Shown in pieces: positions 24,903 through 32,052 of a DNA stretch of 32,052 nt. The position numbers and the translations under genes were made by a program. The DNA is from a virus. Its lineage: Duplodnaviria; Caudoviricetes. Position 1 is the stretch's first letter. Each line of letters begins with the position of its first letter. Under the pieces are notes generated by a model, which searched no databases, was not told where the DNA came from, and was given only the letters and a program-made list of their open reading frames with translations. The stretch is taken from positions 1 to 32,052 of the IMG/VR virus record IMGVR_UViG_3300032295_000405; one strand, 5' to 3'.

Positions 24903-27900
24903 AGATAGGCATTCCAAGCGGACTTAATCGCCCGATCGACTCCATTGAAAGGCAAAGGGAGTCGGTCGAGACGTTGCTTGGCAGTCGAGGTGACCCGCTC
25001 GATCGTGCGGTCACCTATCGAGATCTTGTGGACAGCGGGATCGCCTCGCTTGCTGGGGTTGGAATTATTGGTGGCGGCAATGGGACTCTAAAGCCAACCC
25101 CGCAGCCTCCCGGCGGACTCCCGAAGCCGCCGACTCCGGCCAACCTTCAGGCAACAGGGATGTTCTCCGGAATATTCCTTAACTGGGAATACAACAATTA
25201 CGACGGGCATTCCCATACCGAGGTTTGGAGGGCGTCCTCAAACAATCTCGGTAATGCGCTTATCGTCGGCACGACAGCCGCAAAGGTCTACACGGATTAC
25301 GTAACGACCACTGGCGTAACCTATTACTACTGGGTTAGAAACGTCAGCGTGTCTGGCGAGAAGTCGCCGTTTAACGCGACCTCTGGAACTTCGGCCTCTG
25401 TCGTTACAGACCCCGCATACCTTCTTGGAATCCTGACAGGTGCGATTGGGAACTCTCAGCTAAACACGGCTCTTAGCACAAGAATTACCAGCATCGAGAC
25501 AACTGCCGCCTCGATTGAGACGCAGATCGATGACCTGTACGAGACCTTCGGTAACTCGCAGTCTTCTGCTGATAACCTAGCCGCTGCTCAGGCTGCCGCG
25601 CAGGCTGCCATTGACGCGAAGGTTGAGGCCATTGGCGCAAAGGACGTGGCCGTTCAGGCCAAGGTCGATGCCATTACCGCGAAGGACGGCTCAGTTGTAG
25701 CGAAGGACACCGCCGTCGCTGCGCAGACTGCTGCATCGACGTCTGCCGGAAACGCCCTCTCGTCTGCAAACAATGCGGCAACCTCTGCCAGCACTGCGGC
25801 GACCAATGCGGCAACGGCATCTACCGCAGCGTCCTCGGCGACCGCCGCCAGAACTGCCGCTGAAAGCGCCAACACGGCTGCCCAGACGGCATCTGCTGCG
25901 GCTGCGACATCTGCAACGAATGCCGCAACCTATGCGACGAACGCGGGGACTGCGGCAACTGCTGCGACCAACGCAAAGATATCCGCAGAGTCAGCGAAGA
26001 CCGATGCGCAGACCTCTGCTACAGCCGCCGCAACAAGTGCGTCAACTGCGTCAACCGCGGCTACGAACGCCGCTTCTGCATCAACCTCTGCGACTACCGC
26101 AAAGAACGCAGCAGAGGCGGCTAATACTGCCGCTGGAAATTCTGCCGCAGCAGCAGCGTCGTCCGCTACAAGCGCATCTGGTTTTGCGGATACCGCGAGT
26201 GCGGCATCAACCGCATCAAACCAATCCAAGCTTGATGCTCAGGCTGCTCGTGATTCTGCGCAAACATCTGCCACGGCTGCTGCCACCAGCGCGACTAACG
26301 CAAGCGCAAGTGCGACGGCTTCGGCTAACTCAGCGACTGCGGCCAACACGTCAAAGCTTGCGGCAGAGACGGCGAAGGTTGGTGCTGAGACCGCAAGAGA
26401 CGCATCGGTAACCGCGAAGAACGCGGCAGAGGTCGCAAAGACAGATGCCGTGTCTGCGAAGAACGATGCGCAGAGTGCGTCAGCGGCGGCAGCCACATCG
26501 CAGACGGCTGCCGCAAACAGCGCAACAAGCGCCAGCAACTCGGCCACCGCTTCCGCAGGAAGCGCGTCAACTGCCGCAACAAAAGCGACCGAGGCGGCTA
26601 CATCATCGACTGCTGCAAATGCGGCGAAGGTTGATGCCCAAAGCGCCAGAGACGCGGCGAACACGTACTCTGTTGCCGCTGCCGGTAGTGCGCAAACCGC
26701 GTCCACGAAGGCAGATGCCGCTCAGACGTCGGCTAATGCGGCAAGCGGTTCCGCAACAACGGCAACCGCTGCCCGTGACGCTGCTGAAGGCTTTAAGAAC
26801 ACGGCTCAGTCTCAGGCTAATGCGGCTGCGACCAGCGCGAGCAATGCAAGCGCGTCTGCCACTTCGGCCTCCAACTCTGCAACGTCATCGACGAACTCGG
26901 CAAACTCCGCCTCTACAAGCGCAGCCAATGCGCTGACCTATAGAAACCAAGCGGCTCAGTCCGCGAGTGATGCGTCTGGGTATGCCACGGCATCGGCTCA
27001 AGATTACTCTGTAATTAACGCCAGACTGAATAACTTTGGCGGCAGTGGTGTAACTGTAGAGCAGAACGCCACAGCAACAGCAAGCACGCTGACTGGCCTG
27101 AATGCTCAGTACACCGTAAAGATCGATAACAACGGGTACGTCAGCGGATTCGGGCTTGCCTCGTCCGCCCCTGTTAACGGAACCCCATCATCCGAGTTCA
27201 TCGTTAGGGCGGATCGATTCAGTATAGGGTCGCCGGGACAATCAACCGTAATCCCGTTTATCGTTCAGGCTACGGCAACGACGATCAATGGCGTTTCCGT
27301 TCCTGCTGGCGTGTACATCAATGATGCGTACATCAGAAACGGAACCATAACCAACGCCAAGATTGCAAACGCCGCTATCGATGACGCAAAGATCATTAAC
27401 CTTTCTGCGAATAAGATCACAGCGGGAACAATCGACGCGGAAAGAATATCGATCAACACGAACGTACTAACCTCGGTGTACAACCCGTCCACCGGGCGTA
27501 ACATGTTGCAGATCTCTGGTGGCGCAATCACCAATGACCTGATCGCGACGAACGCCAACATCGATGGCGCAAAGATCGGAACGCTGAACGTAGCCAAACT
27601 GACTGGAGACGTAACCAAGTTCCTTACTGGCTATGCCGCCCCTTCCGGAGCAATTCCAGCTACGTTCACATCGTATGTGACTCTCACCCTCCCGAAGTCA
27701 GACCATGCAGAAGGACACAAGCCCTACATTCAGGTTTCAATTAGAGATGCCGCTCCATACCAAGTCGGCGGATACCTTGAGGTCTACTCCGCGACGGTTG
27801 GAGATGGAACTTCAGTACCTGCTCTTGGCCCGATATATCCAGCATCTCAACAGTACTGGTATGACTATGACCCGGAATTCGGGTACCCAGAACTTATGGG

Positions 27901-28270
27901 ATGGACTTTATTCTTCAGCGGAGAAATAGACATCCAGATTGGCGACACAATCACCAACAACAACTCACAGTCTGGAACTGTCTCTTATGTTCTTTTTAAC
28001 GGCAGCCAAACCATGGCTACCGTAGAGGCTCAGGGCAGCCTTGGAAGCTATTACACCAGAACTAGGCCAGTCCTCGGGAACGGGGTTGTTGGCCCGTACA
28101 CGCTTGTTCTCGACACATACTGGGATGCTTATGACATGACCAGCGTGTCGCTGTTTGGTGGTCTTAGCCAGACTACGCAGGCCAAGGTTTTTGATGTAAG
28201 GGTCAGGGGGCAGTGGGCCAATGCTCTTTACATCAAGGCGATAGACGTTGTCGTGATGGGGATACGCTGA
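24899..28270 (+). CDS. Tail tip / central fibre protein: FN3-like domain, long Ala/Ser/Thr heptad coiled coil, lambda-J-like DUF1983 region, distal domain
   Basis: HTEVWR...TYYYWVR.V (FN3-like); heptad repeats at about 25565-27010; YTVKID.NGYVSGFGL, FIVRADRF, AYIRNGTITNAKI. Confidence 0.85.
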   Translation: MKIGIPSGLNRPIDSIERQRESVETLLGSRGDPLDRAVTYRDLVDSGIASLAGVGIIGGGNGTLKPTPQPPGGLPKPPTPANLQATGMFSGIFLNWEYNNYDGHSHTEVWRASSNNLGNALIVGTTAAKVYTDYVTTTGVTYYYWVRNVSVSGEKSPFNATSGTSASVVTDPAYLLGILTGAIGNSQLNTALSTRITSIETTAASIETQIDDLYETFGNSQSSADNLAAAQAAAQAAIDAKVEAIGAKDVAVQAKVDAITAKDGSVVAKDTAVAAQTAASTSAGNALSSANNAATSASTAATNAATASTAASSATAARTAAESANTAAQTASAAAATSATNAATYATNAGTAATAATNAKISAESAKTDAQTSATAAATSASTASTAATNAASASTSATTAKNAAEAANTAAGNSAAAAASSATSASGFADTASAASTASNQSKLDAQAARDSAQTSATAAATSATNASASATASANSATAANTSKLAAETAKVGAETARDASVTAKNAAEVAKTDAVSAKNDAQSASAAAATSQTAAANSATSASNSATASAGSASTAATKATEAATSSTAANAAKVDAQSARDAANTYSVAAAGSAQTASTKADAAQTSANAASGSATTATAARDAAEGFKNTAQSQANAAATSASNASASATSASNSATSSTNSANSASTSAANALTYRNQAAQSASDASGYATASAQDYSVINARLNNFGGSGVTVEQNATATASTLTGLNAQYTVKIDNNGYVSGFGLASSAPVNGTPSSEFIVRADRFSIGSPGQSTVIPFIVQATATTINGVSVPAGVYINDAYIRNGTITNAKIANAAIDDAKIINLSANKITAGTIDAERISINTNVLTSVYNPSTGRNMLQISGGAITNDLIATNANIDGAKIGTLNVAKLTGDVTKFLTGYAAPSGAIPATFTSYVTLTLPKSDHAEGHKPYIQVSIRDAAPYQVGGYLEVYSATVGDGTSVPALGPIYPASQQYWYDYDPEFGYPELMGWTLFFSGEIDIQIGDTITNNNSQSGTVSYVLFNGSQTMATVEAQGSLGSYYTRTRPVLGNGVVGPYTLVLDTYWDAYDMTSVSLFGGLSQTTQAKVFDVRVRGQWANALYIKAIDVVVMGIR

Positions 28271-28590
28271 TGTTTATGAAGTGGGGCGAGAACGGGAAAG
28301 AGTCATGCGTCCAAAGCCACCCCGGCGAAGGGGCTGGCTGGTATCCCGTTGTCCCAGCCAAGAAGGAAAGCTACAACCCCGTAACCCAGCAAATCGCTTA
28401 CGAAAAGATTGACGGGGTGATTGTGGAGAAGGTGGTTGGCAATCCGGCCCCCGTTTATTGGCAGGGTCGCATAGAGGACTATCCGGGCATTGCCGACCAG
28501 TTGGACGCCATCTGGAAAGGCGGCGAAGCCATGGAAAATATGCGAAAAACAGTCATGGCCGTCAAGGCAAAGTGGCCCAAGCCGGAATAG
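28270..28590 (+). CDS. Tail fibre assembly-like protein, 106 aa
   Basis: TGATG overlap start; R...YP.IADQLD.IW...AVKAKWPK motif typical beside fibre genes. Confidence 0.75.
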   Translation: MFMKWGENGKESCVQSHPGEGAGWYPVVPAKKESYNPVTQQIAYEKIDGVIVEKVVGNPAPVYWQGRIEDYPGIADQLDAIWKGGEAMENMRKTVMAVKAKWPKPE

Positions 28591-28634
28591 ACTTCCGGTG
28601 TACAAAGGCTTACGATTGACATGAGGGAAAATTC

Positions 28635-29030
28635 GTGATTCAGCAGGCTGATGTCAGGGATGTTTGGGACTATATCCTTCCGGGCGTATTAGAGATCTGG
28701 GAGGAGTCGAAGCCAGACTGGAGGCCGGAAGATCTGTACGCCTGTTGTGTGTACAGACACGCGGATGTCTACATGCTTGGAGATACCGGGGGATTTCTCA
28801 TTACGCAGGAGAGACCCATGCCCTTCAAGAACCAAAAGACCCTTCTTCTGTGGGTTGGATACGACAAAACCGGGGCAGCATTTAAGAAGTACATCTCTCA
28901 GATTGAGGAGATGGCACTTCAAAAGGGCTGCTGTGCGGTTGAGTTTTGGTCGTCCCGACAGGGGATGAATCGACTTGGCAAGCGGTATGGCTATGAGCCG
29001 TACGCAACGATATACACGAAGGTGATCTAA
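28635..29030 (+). CDS. GNAT-like protein preceding the ejection proteins
   Basis: LLLWVGY...IEEMA...GC..VEFWSSRQGM.R....GY pattern; position analogous to T7 gp13-like genes. Confidence 0.65.
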   Translation: MIQQADVRDVWDYILPGVLEIWEESKPDWRPEDLYACCVYRHADVYMLGDTGGFLITQERPMPFKNQKTLLLWVGYDKTGAAFKKYISQIEEMALQKGCCAVEFWSSRQGMNRLGKRYGYEPYATIYTKVI

Positions 29031-29031
29031 C

Positions 29032-29616
29032 ATGGGCAAAGGCGGCAGTAAGAAGGTTGATACGGCGGATGCCATTGAGGCCCGTCGCATTGCCATCGAA
29101 GAGTTCAACGACAGGATGCGCTTTGGTGCGCCTGCGGAACAATTCTATATGCAGCAAGTTGACCGGATGCGAACCCCCGGTCAGTACCAACGAGCGGCTG
29201 GCCTAGCCAGTGCCGCGATTCAGCCCGAGCTTGAGGCTGCTAGAACGCAACTTGATGCGCAGAATATTAGCCGTGGTATCGCCCCCAGCTCTGGCGCTTT
29301 CTCCCCGGCGATTACTGCTGGCCTTGCTCGATCACGGGCATTGGGCTTGGCGGAGTCTCAGGACGCGCAGACGAGCCGCTACTTCGGCGGAGCCGCCAAC
29401 ATCGTTGGCATCGGTCGTGGTCAGGCTGGTCAGGGGATGCAGGGTCTCGGGCAACTTGCCGAGATCTCTGGTCGCCGTGCGGTTAGCGAAGCAAAGTCGG
29501 CTTACGACACGGCATCTGCACAGCGCGGTCTGGCCGGAACGCTGACCGGCGTCGGCGCAGGACTGTATGCGAACTATAAGTTCCCGCAACAGCAGACTGG
29601 CGGAGGGTTCGGTTGA
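29032..29616 (+). CDS. Putative internal virion (ejection) protein
   Basis: MGKGGS start; Ala/Gly/Gln-rich helical; C-terminal Gly-rich hydrophobic segment. Confidence 0.7.
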   Translation: MGKGGSKKVDTADAIEARRIAIEEFNDRMRFGAPAEQFYMQQVDRMRTPGQYQRAAGLASAAIQPELEAARTQLDAQNISRGIAPSSGAFSPAITAGLARSRALGLAESQDAQTSRYFGGAANIVGIGRGQAGQGMQGLGQLAEISGRRAVSEAKSAYDTASAQRGLAGTLTGVGAGLYANYKFPQQQTGGGFG

Positions 29617-30197
29617 TGGACTATTTCGCTACATTGCAGGGTCTTAATCCAGACCTTGATCGATACATGCGCAATGGCGGATCATTCGTCTCCGCGCCGC
29701 AGCCTGCCCCGTCTGGGCCGTACCCCGGATATGCCAATGTGCTTTCCGGCTACGGCATGACGGTTCCTCGGCAGCTTCAGCCGACTAGCGACTTCAGCCA
29801 GTACATGATCAGTTCTCAGGCTGACTACGGCAAGAACACCGCTGAGTACTTGGCAAGGGACTTGCTTCGTGCGCAACGCCGCTACTACGAAGACGTTTAC
29901 CGTCCGCGAGAGATTCAGCTTTTCGAAGACCTTCTTGTGAACTACGACAAGAACGTCGCCGAAGATATCGGCAGAACGAAGGAAGCCGTCTCAGGTGCGT
30001 TTGCCGCAGAGACTGGAGCTTCCGCTCGGCGAGCCGGACGTTATGGCCTTGCCTCAAGGCCGCAGGATCTTGGGCTTCAAGAAACTTCCGCCATGGTTGG
30101 CGGCATCAATCGTACCCGCCTGACCGCAGAAGACCGCCGGATGGCGCTTCTCGGTGGCGGCTTCGAAGCGTTCAATGCTTCGCGGGGAGGTGACTAA
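29616..30197 (+). CDS. Putative internal virion protein
   Basis: TGATG overlap; helical; synteny with ejection genes. Confidence 0.65.
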   Translation: MDYFATLQGLNPDLDRYMRNGGSFVSAPQPAPSGPYPGYANVLSGYGMTVPRQLQPTSDFSQYMISSQADYGKNTAEYLARDLLRAQRRYYEDVYRPREIQLFEDLLVNYDKNVAEDIGRTKEAVSGAFAAETGASARRAGRYGLASRPQDLGLQETSAMVGGINRTRLTAEDRRMALLGGGFEAFNASRGGD

Positions 30198-30694
30198 TGG
30201 CTGGTGGTCTTATCGGGATGAACCTTGAGCGAGGTCGCCAAGCTCAGTCAACCCTTCTCGGGCTTGCCTCTCTTGAGCAGCAAAAGAATGCTGCCAACGA
30301 GCAGATCAAAGCTGCCGAACGCGCAGAGACCGGGGCTTTGATGGGGACTGGTGCTGGCATCGGAGCCAAGATTGGCATCGAGTCCGCAAAGACGGCTGCG
30401 GTTAACGCTGCGGCAGCTAACAAGGCTTTGCTTGCAACTTCTAGCTTGCCAGCGGCAACCGAAGGTCTTGCTGTCGCTGCGAATCCGGCAGCCGCTGCTG
30501 CGGCTGGAGAGGCCGCTGCTGCAACCACTGCGGCAACGACTGCCGCTACGGCAGCAGAAGGCGCTGCGGCGGCAGGAACCGCAGGAGCTGCGGCGGGGGG
30601 CGGTGCATCGGCAGGCGCAACCGCGCTTGCAGTAGCGCCTTGGGTTCTCGGTGGTATGGCCGTCTCCTACCTCCTTTCCGAACTCTTTGACTGA
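30197..30694 (+). CDS. Putative internal virion protein, Ala/Gly-rich with C-terminal hydrophobic helix
   Basis: GTGAGIGAKIG, poly-Ala, APWVLGGMAVSYLLSELF. Confidence 0.7.
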   Translation: MAGGLIGMNLERGRQAQSTLLGLASLEQQKNAANEQIKAAERAETGALMGTGAGIGAKIGIESAKTAAVNAAAANKALLATSSLPAATEGLAVAANPAAAAAAGEAAAATTAATTAATAAEGAAAAGTAGAAAGGGASAGATALAVAPWVLGGMAVSYLLSELFD

Positions 30695-30702
30695 GGTCTG
30701 TC

Positions 30703-32052
30703 ATGGCTGAAGGATTTGCACAAGGTTTTGCCTCTGGTTTTGGTCTTGTCGGCGACGTCTTCAAAGAGCAGCGTCGCGAAGAGGCTCAGGCGCGTGCGGA
30801 AAAATTCCAGCGCGAAGAGTTTACTGAGCGAAAGCGATTGAACGAGCTTGCCGCCGCAGAGCGTGAAAAGGATCGGGCGACTCGCGCATCAGAATTCGCC
30901 ACCACTGAGGCGCGTTTAATCAAGGCGGAAGAAAGGCTCGCCCGTGCGCAGGAGGATCAGTCTGAAATTAACCGCGAAAATCTCTCCTTGCGAAAACTAG
31001 AGTCTGCCCGTGCCGCCGCCGCAGACGCTCGTGCCGCCGCTGACTGGGCAGATAATCGCAATCGCGAGAGAATGAAGGATGCTCTTATTTTCGGAAGAGC
31101 CGAAGATGTTCTGGCCGACAGAAAGCTCGGCCCCCAACTTACGTCAGCTTTAGACCCTAGTTACAGGCAGGCTTTGGATGCCCTGAACACTGGCCGCCTT
31201 AATCTCGACAGCCTCGATAACAAAACCCTTAACACGATTCTCGCTCCAGAGATTCGTCGAGGAGTTGGCGAGAGAACCCGCGTCACCATGAATCCTTCCG
31301 AGACTGACTCCGCAAAGCGCGACACTCGAGAAGTCAGGGTCACAAACAAGTCGATCAGGGGTGTGGATGTTGTTCCAAACTCTAACGGCAATCTTGTCAC
31401 GCTAAACCTGCTAGTTGAGGGTGTTGACGGCTCCGGAAACAAGGTTGTCTTCAAGCAGAAAATGACCGCTGGACGCAGCGTTGGTGATCAGGCTCAGGTT
31501 CCTAAAGAGCTGAACCTCCGCCAAGGCATTGACTACATCGTTGTCGGTAAGAGATCTTTTTATAACGCCATTGCTAACACCCCGGTGTTCAGAAATGCCG
31601 CAGCCAGATATGGCGCAGGCATGTCTCAGAGCGACGAGCAGGCGATTTACGACAAGTCCGAGGCCGCGCATCGCGCTACGTACAAGGATTACCTCGATTA
31701 CTTCACCGCAATAAACGAGGCCAACCCGTCTAGGTTCGAAGAGCTTTACGGCAACAAAACGACTCCGGCGGAAAAGGCGAAAGAGCTTACACTTCAGCGT
31801 TATGGCGGTCTTGATGCTGCGCAGTACGCTTCAAATCGAGTTAATTCGATAAAGTCTGGCCCTGATTCCGCGCTTATATCGTCCATGCCTGATCTGGATC
31901 AGGAGGCGGAAAAGTATCGCTCGATGGGTATTGACGTCAGAAATGACGAAGAGGCCATCAACATGAGAAACCAAGAGCTTCGTATCCAGTCTAAGCTTGG
32001 AGCTTCGGACGCAACTCCGCTAGTTGCGTACATGAGTCAAGCCCTTTCGTCG
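30703..32052 (+). CDS. Large putative ejection protein, more than 450 aa, truncated by the window end (MAEGFAQGFASGFGLVGDVFKEQRREE...)
   Basis: Translated by hand; GAGGT SD; no stop before 32052, so absent from the ORF track; GF.QGF..G start then charged coiled coil. Confidence 0.85.
   Translation, partial: MAEGFAQGFASGFGLVGDVFKEQRREEAQARAEKFQREEFTERKRLNELAAAEREKDRATRASEFATTEARLIKAEERLARAQEDQSEINRENLSLRKLESARAAAADARAAADWADNRNRERMKDALIFGRAEDVLADRKLGPQLTSALDPSYRQALDALNTGRLNLDSLDNKTLNTILAPEIRRGVGERTRVTMNPSETDSAKRDTREVRVTNKSIRGVDVVPNSNGNLVTLNLLVEGVDGSGNKVVFKQKMTAGRSVGDQAQVPKELNLRQGIDYIVVGKRSFYNAIANTPVFRNAAARYGAGMSQSDEQAIYDKSEAAHRATYKDYLDYFTAINEANPSRFEELYGNKTTPAEKAKELTLQRYGGLDAAQYASNRVNSIKSGPDSALISSMPDLDQEAEKYRSMGIDVRNDEEAINMRNQELRIQSKLGASDATPLVAYMSQALSS

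Noticed and set aside
25773-26936. Arg/Pro/Leu-rich alternative-frame ORFs and apparent DNA repeats
   Set aside because: By-products of GCN/ACN/TCN codons in the Ala-rich stalk
1-32052. CRISPR array, tRNA, integrase/att site, introns/inteins, stop-codon recoding
   Set aside because: No regularly spaced repeats or cloverleaf noticed by eye; core genes are intact, of normal length and read in the standard code

Overview
This window is about 32 kb of a tailed dsDNA phage genome with podovirus-like gene content; no integrase or host genes are visible. A minus-strand early module (1-5036) encodes a putative amidoligase (glutamine-synthetase-fold COOH-NH2 ligase), a class II glutamine amidotransferase and a tightly overlapped string of small, often acidic proteins. 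A hairpin-rich control region (about 4620-5340) separates it from a plus-strand late module. The late module runs terS, terL, portal, scaffold, major capsid, two adaptor-like proteins, fibre/spike genes (including a 1877-aa fibre with an S74 chaperone and a gp38-like tip), an embedded lysis cassette without spanins, a nozzle, a 1123-aa coiled-coil tail protein, a GNAT-like protein and ejection proteins, and is truncated at the right edge. The leading candidates for follow-up are the early amidoligase/GATase operon, the structured regulatory elements around it, a repeat-bracketed early cassette with an RNA-switch-like element, a possible disruptin peptide and the long heptad tail protein. Family assignments come from motif recognition by eye, not from database searches.
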